The position numbers and the translations under genes were made by a program. This document shows, piece after piece, positions 44,291 through 53,405 of a DNA stretch of 64,000 nucleotides. The stretch comes from Alphaproteobacteria bacterium (GTDB taxonomy: Bacteria; Pseudomonadota; Alphaproteobacteria; UBA828), in contig CBDCQT010000010.1 of NCBI GenBank assembly GCA_965220745.1, positions 736,001 to 800,000 on the forward strand, in the 5' to 3' direction. The first letter of the stretch is position 1; every line of letters begins with the position of its first letter. Under the pieces are notes generated by a model. That model did not search any database. It saw nothing but the letters and a program-made list of their open reading frames with translations, and was not told where the DNA came from.

Positions 44291-45364
44291 CTACAGGTGC
44301 GGGACAACCTCGTCGGCGAGCAGACGCATGGAGCGCCGCCAGCGGGCCTCGTCGTCCCAGTCGTGTGCGGTCGCGATCAGGGTGCCGAAGTCGCCGACCT
44401 CCTCGCGAAAGGCCACGAGTTTTTGGATCACGGTGCGGGGGCTGCCGGCCACGACCATCGCATCGAGCATGTACCGAGTGGTGATCGCCTCGTCCGTCAT
44501 GGCGGGGTCGTCCTTCAGCAGCGCGCCGAAGTCGGCGTCCAGCAGCACCGTCCGCAGGTAGTCGAAGTAGAAGGCGAGCGCGTTGTCGGGGCTGGCCAGA
44601 TAGTCCTCGGCCTCGGCGTCGCTCTCGGTCACGATGATGCTGCGGGCCGCGCGCCAGATCGCCGGGTCGGCCTCGCGCCCCGCCGCCTCGCATCCCTCCG
44701 CGTAGGCCTCCCAATGGGTCTTGACGTGGCAGGCGGGAGTGAAGTTGGCCGAGATTGGGATCCAGCCGTGTGCGCCGGCGGTCCGCGCGCTGCCGGAGCG
44801 CGGGCTCATGATCGAGACGGCGATGGGCGGGTGCGGCGTCTGGTACGGCCGGGCCATGACGCCGACGCCGAGATCACTGCGGTAGGCGTCCTTGATCTGA
44901 AAATCCCAGTAGCCGCCGGGGAACTCGTAGGGCGGCTCCTGCGACCAGATCTTCAGGATCGTCTCGATCGACTCCTGCATCATCCGGGGCCGGTCGGGCG
45001 GGTTGTTCAGCTTGAACATCTCGAAGTCGCCGGGGGAGCCGCCGGGGCCGATGCCGAAGATGAAGCGGCCTTGCGCGAGCTGGTCGAACATCGCGGCGTG
45101 GGCGGCGACGATGGCCGGATGCTGCTGCGGCAGGTTGATGACGCCGGTGCCGAACTTGATCCGCTTGGTGCGCTCGATCAGGGTTGCGAGGAAGATGAAG
45201 GGCGAGGTGATCTGCTCCGGCTTGTTGGAGTAGTGCTCGCCGACGTAGACCTCCGCGAAGCCCAGCTCGTCCGCGAGCACAATCGCCTCCTGGTCCTCGC
45301 GCAGCACCGTGAGGAACGGCCGCTCGGGCCGGTGCAACGGCATCATCAGCATGCCGAGTTTCAT
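44291..45364 (-). CDS. Luciferase-like (LLM class) flavin-dependent monooxygenase
   Basis: ADELGF..VYVGEH, IKFGTGV.NLP..HP, PYQTPHPPI. Confidence 0.9.
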   Translation of the reverse strand: MKLGMLMMPLHRPERPFLTVLREDQEAIVLADELGFAEVYVGEHYSNKPEQITSPFIFLATLIERTKRIKFGTGVINLPQQHPAIVAAHAAMFDQLAQGRFIFGIGPGGSPGDFEMFKLNNPPDRPRMMQESIETILKIWSQEPPYEFPGGYWDFQIKDAYRSDLGVGVMARPYQTPHPPIAVSIMSPRSGSARTAGAHGWIPISANFTPACHVKTHWEAYAEGCEAAGREADPAIWRAARSIIVTESDAEAEDYLASPDNALAFYFDYLRTVLLDADFGALLKDDPAMTDEAITTRYMLDAMVVAGSPRTVIQKLVAFREEVGDFGTLIATAHDWDDEARWRRSMRLLADEVVPHL

Positions 45365-45418
45365 GGCGCTACCTCCCGAAGCCGCTAACCGCCTGCAGCT
45401 ATTGCGCCTGCGCCTACT

Positions 45419-45452
45419 CTAGCCCGGATGACTCGCCACGGTCATGGGCTGG
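45419..45452 (+). mobile_element. Degenerate MITE end (CTAGCCCGG family)
   Basis: CTAGCCCGGATGACTCGCCACGGTCATGGGCTG aligns ungapped to the MITE terminal repeat. Confidence 0.6.
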
Positions 45453-45527
45453 TCGGCGTGGTTCGGCGTCCAGGGATCAAGTGCCATAATGCCGGCTCAC
45501 GCTGACGGCACTAGGAGGATAGAGACC

Positions 45528-46766
45528 ATGGCCCAGCGCAAGCCGCTGAAGACGCTGCGTATCGGGATGATCGGCGCGGGCTTCATAGCGCGCTTCCACC
45601 TCGAATCCTTCACCGGCGTGCGCAACTGCGCCATCACCGGGGTTTACAGCCCGACGAAGGAGAGCCGCACCGCGCTCGCCGCGCGCGCCAACGAGCTCGG
45701 CCTTGGCCCCTGCACGGCTCATTCGTCGCTCGACAAGCTGATCCGGGCGAAGGACGTGGATGCGCTCTGGATCCTCTCCCCCAACGACACCCGCGTCGCC
45801 ACGATCGAGGCGATCCACAAGGCGACAAAAAGCGGCAAGCGGCTGCGCGGCATCGCGTGCGAAAAACCCCTCGCGCGCAATCTGGCCGAGGCCCGCGCCA
45901 TGGTCCGGTTTGCGGACGACGCCAGGCTCGCCACCGGCTACTTGGAGAACCAGGTGTTCTCGACGGCCGTCGAGCGCGGCAAGGAGATCATCTGGCGCCG
46001 CGCCGTGCCCCTCACCGGCCGGCCCTATCTCGCGCGCGCGGCGGAAGAGCACTCCGGCCCGCACATGCCCTGGTTCTGGCAGGGCGAGAAGCAGGGCGGC
46101 GGCGTGCTCTCGGACATGATGTGCCACTCGGTGGAGGTCGCCCGCCACCTGCTGACGGCGCCGGGCGAGGCGCGCGATACGCTCAGGGTGGTGAGCGCCA
46201 ATGCGACCATCGCCAACCTCAAGTGGACCCGGCCGGCCTACGTGCGCCGGCTGAAGCGGGAGATGGGGCGCGAGGTTGACTACGGCCGCAGGCCCGCCGA
46301 GGACTTCGCGCGCGGCACGCTGGTGCTGGAGGACCCGGACGGCAACGAGGCGATGATCGAGACCACCACGTCCTGGGCCTACGTCGGTGCCGGCTTGCGC
46401 ATCCAGCTGGAGCTGCTCGGCCCGGAATACTCGATGGAGTTCTCCTCCCTCGGCACCGGGCTCAAGGTCTTCATCTCGCGTGCGGTCAAGGGCGCTGCCG
46501 GTGAGGACCTGGTGGAGAAACAGAACGCTGAGCAGGGCCTAATGCCGGCGCTGGAGGACGAGGCCGGGGTCTACGGCTACACCAGCGAGAACCGCCACAT
46601 GGTGGAGTGCTTCCGCACCGGCACGACACCCACGGAGACCTTCCGCGACGGGCTTGCCGTGACCGAGATCCTGATGGCGCTCTATCGCTCCGCCGAGCTG
46701 GGCCGCACCGTGCGCTTCGGCGAGGAAGACCTGGAGGACTACATCCCACCCGTGGCCCGGGCCTGA
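45528..46766 (+). CDS. Gfo/Idh/MocA family oxidoreductase
   Basis: IGMIGAGFIA, CEKPL, GGGVLSDMMCH; AGGAGG RBS. Confidence 0.9.
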   Translation: MAQRKPLKTLRIGMIGAGFIARFHLESFTGVRNCAITGVYSPTKESRTALAARANELGLGPCTAHSSLDKLIRAKDVDALWILSPNDTRVATIEAIHKATKSGKRLRGIACEKPLARNLAEARAMVRFADDARLATGYLENQVFSTAVERGKEIIWRRAVPLTGRPYLARAAEEHSGPHMPWFWQGEKQGGGVLSDMMCHSVEVARHLLTAPGEARDTLRVVSANATIANLKWTRPAYVRRLKREMGREVDYGRRPAEDFARGTLVLEDPDGNEAMIETTTSWAYVGAGLRIQLELLGPEYSMEFSSLGTGLKVFISRAVKGAAGEDLVEKQNAEQGLMPALEDEAGVYGYTSENRHMVECFRTGTTPTETFRDGLAVTEILMALYRSAELGRTVRFGEEDLEDYIPPVARA

Positions 46767-46888
46767 TCCGGCGGGCGCCGAGGTAGCGCGAGGGTCGGCT
46801 TGCCGGTGAGGTAAACGACGGCCGCTGGCATCAGCGCAGGTCGGTGGTACTGTTTTCGCGACGAGACACGAGCGGACTCGAGGCTCCC

Positions 46889-47536
46889 ATGGCGGCTGAG
46901 CGGCACGAGCGGAACAACATCGGCAGGGCGCTGCAACGCCTGAGAAAGAACAATGACCTGACCCTTGCGGCGGTCAGCGCCAAGACGGGCGTCGCAATCT
47001 CGACGCTCTCGAAGATCGAGAACAACCAGTCATCGCCCAACTTCGACGTGCTGACACGCCTCGCCGACGGCCTGGGCCTGGATCTCCTCGCGCTCCTGGG
47101 TGAGAGCTTCTACACCTTTGCGCACGGCGCCCGGGCGATCACGCGGGCGGGCGGGGGCGTCCGCTACGAGACGCCGCTCGGCACGTACGAGGCTCTGAGC
47201 GGTGAAATCGCCATGAAAGCGCTTCAGCCTGCGGTGGTTCGGGTGCCGGCGGGACGGAGCGAGCCGGCAACCATGAGCACTCATGCGGGCGAGGAAATCA
47301 TCTACATCCTGCGTGGCGGCGTGCGGTTCTACATGGAGCCCTACAGCCCGACCGTTCTGGAGCAGGGCGATTCGGTCCATTTCGACAGCCTGATGCCGCA
47401 CGGGTTCGTCGCCCTGGGCGATGAGGATGCCTTGATGCTTTCCGTGTCGGTGTTCGACAGGGAGAACACCAGGAAGATGATGAAGGACTCCTCGGCTGAG
47501 CCAACCAACGAAGACGCCGGCGGCGGAGAGGCATAG
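46889..47536 (+). CDS. XRE-family HTH regulator with cupin domain
   Basis: LTLAAVSAKTGVAISTLSKIENNQSSP, HAGEE..YIL.G, GDSVHFDS..PH. Confidence 0.9.
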   Translation: MAAERHERNNIGRALQRLRKNNDLTLAAVSAKTGVAISTLSKIENNQSSPNFDVLTRLADGLGLDLLALLGESFYTFAHGARAITRAGGGVRYETPLGTYEALSGEIAMKALQPAVVRVPAGRSEPATMSTHAGEEIIYILRGGVRFYMEPYSPTVLEQGDSVHFDSLMPHGFVALGDEDALMLSVSVFDRENTRKMMKDSSAEPTNEDAGGGEA

Positions 47537-47622
47537 GGAGCGCTCTGCTCGGGGAGAACCGAGATGCCGCCTCGCCCAACGTGGGATGGGGACACCGACA
47601 CGGTTTAGGACGGTGGACGCTC

Positions 47623-48750
47623 TCAGCCGCTGTCATTCCACGCTTGGGCGGCGCGGGCGACGGCGTCCTCGTCGAGCTCAAAGCCCAGTCCCGGACCGTC
47701 GAGCACGGGCAGCGTGCCGCGCTGCAGCGTCAGGTCGGGGCTCTTGACGACGTCCCAGGCCAGCAAGTCGATCATGTACTGGTTGCCGTCGTCGAGGTTG
47801 GGGGTTACCGCCGCCACCTGGTTCGCCGCCGCCGTGGTGATGCCGGTCTCATAGAGGCCGTGGATGCAGACCTCGATATTCGCCGCCGCGGCGACGTGGG
47901 CGACCTCGCAGAAGCGCCGCAGGCCGCCGGTCTCATGCAGGCCGATGACGATAAGATCGGCGGCGTTCTGGCGACAGGCGTGAAAGGCTTCCTGCGGCGT
48001 GAAGACGCTTTGGTCTGCCGCGATCGCGACCTGGCTGCGGGCCCGCACCTGCGCCAGCGCGTCGATGCTCTCCGCATGCGTCGGTTGCTCGACGAGGTCG
48101 ATGTCGAACGCTGCGAGCTTGCGGATCATGCGAACAGCCCGTGCGGGTGACCAGTGCTCGTTGGGATCTACCCTCAGGCGCCTCTCTGACCCGATGGCAT
48201 CCCGCACCTTCGCCACGATTTCCGCATCGAGTTCGTCGCCGCGGCCCACCTTGACGTAGATCACGTCGCAACCTGCATCTGCGAAGCGAGCCGCCTGGGT
48301 GGCCAGTTCCTCGGCGGTCTCGCCTTGGGGAAAGCCGAAGTAGCGAACCTCGTCGCGCACCTTTCCGCCCAGCAGCTCATGGACGGGACGGCCCACCGCC
48401 TTGCCCATGACGTCCCAGAGCGCCATCTCCAGGCCGGCCAGTACCTGGCCCGCGAATCGCGGCGCGCTGCAGGTGCCCTTCAACTGGAAGAGTGTGTGGT
48501 AGGCCTCGCCCATCAGCCGAGCGTTCTCGAACGGGCTGCGGCCGATGCAGACATCGGCCGCGAGAGACAGATAGGTGCAGATCCCGTCAGCCGAGGGCGT
48601 GGCGATCGACTCTCCGTAGCCGGTCACGCCCTCGTCTGTACGGACTTCCACCAACACCACGCCGGCGCCGAGGGTGACACCCTGGGCCCAGTGATAGGGC
48701 TGCTTGTAGGGAATCCAGAGCGGCGTCGTGACGATCTCGCTGATTCTCAC
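47623..48750 (-). CDS. Mandelate racemase/muconate lactonizing enzyme (enolase superfamily)
   Basis: TDEGVTGYGE, LEMALWD..GK....PV.ELLGG, LRVDPNE, VEQP, AADQS; GTG start after GGAGG. Confidence 0.9.
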   Translation of the reverse strand: MRISEIVTTPLWIPYKQPYHWAQGVTLGAGVVLVEVRTDEGVTGYGESIATPSADGICTYLSLAADVCIGRSPFENARLMGEAYHTLFQLKGTCSAPRFAGQVLAGLEMALWDVMGKAVGRPVHELLGGKVRDEVRYFGFPQGETAEELATQAARFADAGCDVIYVKVGRGDELDAEIVAKVRDAIGSERRLRVDPNEHWSPARAVRMIRKLAAFDIDLVEQPTHAESIDALAQVRARSQVAIAADQSVFTPQEAFHACRQNAADLIVIGLHETGGLRRFCEVAHVAAAANIEVCIHGLYETGITTAAANQVAAVTPNLDDGNQYMIDLLAWDVVKSPDLTLQRGTLPVLDGPGLGFELDEDAVARAAQAWNDSG

Positions 48751-48767
48751 GTCTCTTCCTCCGGCGC

Positions 48768-50060
48768 TTAGCGGCCCAAGACCAGGTTCGGCAGCCAGAG
48801 GGATACAGCCGGCACGTAGGTCGTGACAATGAGTGTCGGCAGCCAGGCGAACAGGATCATCAGCGTGGTCGGCCACAGCATCTTGTTCACCTGGGTGTTC
48901 GCCACCCGCGCGCCGAGGTAGAGCAGCGGCGCGGTCGGCGGCGTGACGTTCCCCATCCCGAGGTTGACGCCGATGATGGCGGCAAAGTGGATGGGATCCA
49001 CGCCGAGCTTCATGGCGATCGGCAGCAGCAGCGGCGAGGCCAGCAGCACGCCCGAGACATCGTCCATCAGCATGCCGATGATGACGATGACGATGTTGAT
49101 CATGATCAGCGCGACGACCGGGTTGGCGGAGACCGAGAAGATCAGCCGCTCCGCGAGCCCCGGGATGTCCTCGAAGATCAGGAGCCGGCTCACGATCATC
49201 ACGGTGAAGAACATCACCATGACGACGCCGGTGGTGGTGCCGCTCTCGACCAGCGCCTCAATGAAGGTCTTGCGGTTGAGGCCGCGATAGATGAACCAGC
49301 CCACCGGAATGGCATAGAGCACGGCGACGCCTGCGGCCTCCGTGGGCGTCATGATCCCGCCGTAGATGCCGCCCAGGATAACCACCGGCATCATCAGCGC
49401 TGGGAAGGCCTTGGTGCCGCGCCGCGCCGCCTCGCACGAGAATTTCTCCGGCGGAGGCGGCACCACGATCCTCTTCTGCCGCGCCATCAGCACCAGGTTG
49501 AGCGCGCACAGCAGCAGGATCAGGATCAGGCCAGGCATGACCGTGGCGAGGAAGCATTTCAGCACCGACTGGCGCGTCACCCAGGCGTAGATGATCTGGA
49601 TCGAGCTCGGCGGGATGAGCAGCCCCAAGGGGGCCGCATTGGCAATCAGCGACGCCGAGAAGCCTTCGGGATAGTTGGCCGCGCGCAGGCGGGGCAGCAG
49701 CACCGAGCCGATACAGGTGAGCGTCGCCGCCGCGCTGCCCGAGATCGAGCCAAAGATGGCGCTCGCGATCACCGCCGCGGTCGACAATCCGCCCCGCACG
49801 CGGCCGACGAAGAGCTCCGCCAGATACACCATGGGCACGGCGATCCGGCCCTTCTCCATGATGCTGCCCGCCATGATGAAGAGCGGAATGGCCAGCAGCA
49901 CCAGGTTGTTCATGCGCCAGTGACCCGAGGTCATGAAGGTCATCGGGTCGGTGTCGGTGAAGATCGCGAGGTAGATCATCACCGCCCCGAAGGCGAGCGG
50001 GACCGGCAACCCGATCAGCAGCACCACGCAGAGCAGGATCAGGGCGCCGAGCAGCATCAT
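48768..50060 (-). CDS. dctM: TRAP transporter large permease
   Basis: LLAIPLFI.AG..M, GSISGS, LIPPS, GIMTPTEA, TPP. Confidence 0.93.
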   Translation of the reverse strand: MMLLGALILLCVVLLIGLPVPLAFGAVMIYLAIFTDTDPMTFMTSGHWRMNNLVLLAIPLFIMAGSIMEKGRIAVPMVYLAELFVGRVRGGLSTAAVIASAIFGSISGSAAATLTCIGSVLLPRLRAANYPEGFSASLIANAAPLGLLIPPSSIQIIYAWVTRQSVLKCFLATVMPGLILILLLCALNLVLMARQKRIVVPPPPEKFSCEAARRGTKAFPALMMPVVILGGIYGGIMTPTEAAGVAVLYAIPVGWFIYRGLNRKTFIEALVESGTTTGVVMVMFFTVMIVSRLLIFEDIPGLAERLIFSVSANPVVALIMINIVIVIIGMLMDDVSGVLLASPLLLPIAMKLGVDPIHFAAIIGVNLGMGNVTPPTAPLLYLGARVANTQVNKMLWPTTLMILFAWLPTLIVTTYVPAVSLWLPNLVLGR

Positions 50061-50584
50061 GGCGCGTCACCCCGCGCCTCATCGTGCCCTGTCACGGCGC
50101 CCGGTGGAGGGGCGAGCAGACGCACGAAGTGCATCGCCGAATAGATGGTCATCAAGACGAAGCCGAGGAGGATGACGCCCCGCGGCACGGCCAGCGGGAT
50201 GCTGTAGACGGGCGTGGCCGGCAGGTCCGGATAGCGCGAGAGATCGTCCGCCACCATCAGGTAGGCCCAGTAGGAGAGGACCGCCCCGATCAGGACCTCC
50301 AGCCCGAAGATGACGGAGTCCACCCGGCGCTTCGCCGCCTCGGTCCTGAGCCACTCCTTGAGCAGATCGGCCTTGATGTGCGTGTTGTCGAAGCTGCCCT
50401 GGGCCGAGCCGATGAAGTAGAGGGTGAAGGCCGCCGCCATCATCCACTCTTCGTAGGCGAACAGGTTCATCTCGAAGCCGTAGCGCAGCACCACGACCAC
50501 GCCGAAGGTGACCGCGATCAGCAGCGAGCAGACGACGAGCAGAACTTTTTGAACGAAGAGGACGGAGCGGATCAGCCTGGCCAT
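50057..50584 (-). CDS. dctQ: TRAP transporter small permease
   Basis: Four TM segments; V.LRY, EE, HIKAD. Confidence 0.9.
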   Translation of the reverse strand: MARLIRSVLFVQKVLLVVCSLLIAVTFGVVVVLRYGFEMNLFAYEEWMMAAAFTLYFIGSAQGSFDNTHIKADLLKEWLRTEAAKRRVDSVIFGLEVLIGAVLSYWAYLMVADDLSRYPDLPATPVYSIPLAVPRGVILLGFVLMTIYSAMHFVRLLAPPPGAVTGHDEARGDAP

Positions 50585-50700
50585 TGCCAGCCTCCCGCAT
50601 GAGAATTCGGGGGCGCGTCCCGCGTGTCCCTCTCAAACGCCACAGCTACCACAGAGATGGGGACGCGCCGGGTCCACTGCACTTCAGGTTCAGGAAAAAG

Positions 50701-50747
50701 ACGCCGCGGCCCAGGAGACGTCCGGGCTGGAGTTGGGCCGCGGCGTT
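50701..50747 (-). terminator. Hairpin after dctP (terminator or mRNA stabiliser)
   Basis: 13-bp stem ACGCCGCGGCCCA/TGGGCCGCGGCGT followed on the minus strand by CTTTTT. Confidence 0.6.
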
Positions 50748-50766
50748 ATCCCCCCTTGCCGGACTG

Positions 50767-51768
50767 TCAGTTCGAATCCGCCTGCAGCCTTGACATCAGG
50801 TCGGCGCCGAACTTCTCCTCGAGCAACGGCTGCACTTTGGCCACCACTTCGGCACCCATCGCGGCCAGCTCCTCATCCGTAACGTTGACCACCGTGACGC
50901 CGTGATCCGCGAGCCTTTGCGTGTACTCGGCGTCCACCTTCTCGATCTGGTCGAAGGACCACGCCGACGCCTTCTGGAAGGCCGCCGACACCGCCTCCTG
51001 CTGCGCCGCGTTCAGGCTCTCCCACTTGCCCTTGTTCATGTAGTAGGCGGTGTTCTCCACGAATGCCTTGTAGGGGATGAAGTGGGTGATGATGTCGCGG
51101 AAGATCGTGTAGTAGGACTCCGCGGTGCCGCCCACCAGGCCGTCGACGGTGCCCTGCTGGATCGCCGCCGGCACGTCGCCCCAGTTCATGGTCGTGGTGT
51201 TGAAGCCCATGGCGGTCACCGAGGCGTGCGCGACCTCGGCGCTCCAGATGCGGATGTTCACGCCCTTGGGCCCGGTGGTGGTCGCGTTATCCGGCGCCTT
51301 GGCCGTGGCCACGCCGATGAAGCCCTCGATGAAGATACCCAGGAGCTTCACCCCCTGACCGTCCAGGAGCTCCTCGAAGGTCGTGTAGAAGGCGGAGCCG
51401 GGCGAGAAGGCCGCCCGCATCTGGTCGTAGGTGGAGACCATGAACGGGAGGCCGTTGATCTCCAGCCTGGGGTCGTTGTGGCTGTAGATGAAGGTGTGGC
51501 CGATATCGATGGCGCCGGCGGCGACATCGCCGAAGACCTGCTCGCCGTAGCCGAGCTGGCCGGCAGGGAAGGTCTTGACGCTGAGGCCCACATCGGCGGC
51601 TTCGAGGTCCGCCTGGATCTGGTTGAGCGCCTCCGTGCCGAAGTGATCGATCGGGTGCTGGCCCGCGATCTTGAGGCTTACCTCATCGGCGCTGGCCTGC
51701 GCCGCGAAGACGCCGGCGCTCAGGGCCACTGCCCCCACCAGGGCAGCAATCTGTTTATACAGTTTCAT
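50767..51768 (-). CDS. dctP: TRAP transporter substrate-binding protein
   Basis: Signal peptide; FPAGQLG, IRI, AIQQGTVDG. Confidence 0.9.
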   Translation of the reverse strand: MKLYKQIAALVGAVALSAGVFAAQASADEVSLKIAGQHPIDHFGTEALNQIQADLEAADVGLSVKTFPAGQLGYGEQVFGDVAAGAIDIGHTFIYSHNDPRLEINGLPFMVSTYDQMRAAFSPGSAFYTTFEELLDGQGVKLLGIFIEGFIGVATAKAPDNATTTGPKGVNIRIWSAEVAHASVTAMGFNTTTMNWGDVPAAIQQGTVDGLVGGTAESYYTIFRDIITHFIPYKAFVENTAYYMNKGKWESLNAAQQEAVSAAFQKASAWSFDQIEKVDAEYTQRLADHGVTVVNVTDEELAAMGAEVVAKVQPLLEEKFGADLMSRLQADSN

Positions 51769-52069
51769 GATCTCCTCCATTGTTTGAGCCTGCCGCCGCA
51801 CGGCACGGGCTTTTCACACAGACAGAGATTTTTTACCATATCGGAGAATACATCCTTTTATGGCAAATTGTATGCACGAATGTCATACCTGTGATCGGTC
51901 ATCGAACGGCTCTGCAGCCAATCAGGCGCATCACTGGGTACAGCCCGTGCCGTATTGCGGCATGTTTTCCACGCGCTGACAGTGGAGGCACCGGAACCTG
52001 CTGTCTTGCACGCACCGGACGACTTGGAGAATATTTTCACACAGAGATAAATTTCGAACATCGGACGCT

Positions 52070-53092
52070 ATGGACGCAGAGCAGGCACTCTTCACCGCGC
52101 CGGCGCTGCCGCCCGATATCGAGCCCGACATGCGTGTCGGCTTTATCCTCTCGCCGCGCTTCACGCTCACGCCGTTCGCAGCCTTCATCAACTGCCTGCG
52201 CCATGCGGCCGACGAGGCGGACTTCAGCCGGCAGGTCTATTGCCACTGGAAAATCGTCGCGCCGACGCTGGACCCCATGACGGCAAGCTGCGGCGTGGAG
52301 GTGCGCCCGCATGCGCTGCTGCCGGAAGACGAGACGTTCGACCATCTCGTCGTCATCGGCGGCTTGCTGCCCGCGAGCCTGGAGCACCCGGAAGAGACGC
52401 TGCGCTACCTGCGTCACGCTTACGCGCACAACACGATTATCGTCGGCCTGTGCACGGCGAGCTTCGTGCTCGCCAAGGCGGGGCTTCTTGAAAACCGCCG
52501 CTGCTGTGCCCTGCACTTCGAGCACGTGGGTCAGTTCAAGCGGATGTTCCCGCGTGCCAGGCCGGAGGCCGACCAGTCATTCGTCAACGATGGCGAGATC
52601 ATCACGAGCCCAGGCGGCACGTCGGCCATCGACGTGGCACTTACCCTGGTCGAGTCCTGCTGCGGCAAGGCGCGGGCGGTCAAGGCGTTGACATCGCTCC
52701 TGGTCGACCGGCACCGGGTCGCCCGCCACATGCCGCATCGCCCCTACGGTCACCTGGCGACCTGCGGCAATCGCCACGTGGAGCGGGCGGTGGCGCTCAT
52801 GGAGAAGCACCTGGCCACGCCATATACCGTCGGCAGGCTGGCGCAGCGCCTCAGCGTTTCGGAACGCGAACTCAACCGCGCGTTCGCCAAGTATGCCGGC
52901 GACACCCCGACATCGCTGAGCCGCAAGATACGGCTCGCGCACGGCCATTGGCTGCTGGTCAACACGACCAGGACGGTGACGCAGATCGCCGCCGATTGCG
53001 GCTTCGCCGACGGCGCGCACTTTTTCCGCCGGTTCGGGAGCGTCTACGGTGAGACGCCGACCCGCTTCCGCAACCGCCGCCGCCAGATTTAG
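52070..53092 (+). CDS. GlxA family (DJ-1/PfpI + AraC) transcriptional regulator
   Basis: GLCTASFVLA.AGLL, AraC HTH IAADCGFADGAHF.R.F...YG.TP. Confidence 0.92.
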   Translation: MDAEQALFTAPALPPDIEPDMRVGFILSPRFTLTPFAAFINCLRHAADEADFSRQVYCHWKIVAPTLDPMTASCGVEVRPHALLPEDETFDHLVVIGGLLPASLEHPEETLRYLRHAYAHNTIIVGLCTASFVLAKAGLLENRRCCALHFEHVGQFKRMFPRARPEADQSFVNDGEIITSPGGTSAIDVALTLVESCCGKARAVKALTSLLVDRHRVARHMPHRPYGHLATCGNRHVERAVALMEKHLATPYTVGRLAQRLSVSERELNRAFAKYAGDTPTSLSRKIRLAHGHWLLVNTTRTVTQIAADCGFADGAHFFRRFGSVYGETPTRFRNRRRQI

Positions 53093-53100
53093 ATGATGAG

Positions 53101-53310
53101 TCTCATCAGGATCAGCGCCTCGGATCGCTCCTGCGGAACTGGCGCGGGAAGGCTCTGATCGCTCCTGCGCTCTGGATATCGCGGTTGTGGCCGCCGCCTT
53201 CGATCTGAAGTAGCTTGACGGCGTTTGGGATCCTGCAATCGGTCCAGACGACCTTGAGGATGGGGCCCCCTGCCGTTGGGATCGCGGTCGTCCAGAAGCT
53301 GGCGCTTTAA
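53101..53310 (-). pseudogene. 3' remnant of LpqC/PHB-depolymerase-like esterase, copy A
   Basis: Manual minus-strand translation, frameshifted: LDDRDPN/ILKVVWTDCRIPNAVKLLQIEGGGHNRDIQSAGAIRAF.RQFRRSDPRR*. 53101-53196 matches 55172-55267 at 74/96. Confidence 0.55.
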
Positions 53311-53405
53311 CCAGTATAGCCTTGGAGCAGCCGGAAGTGCTTCACGGTCTGGAGGAGGCCTCAAGGGCCCACTCCTCCGAGGTGTGAGGAGAGGAGAACC
53401 CGGTC

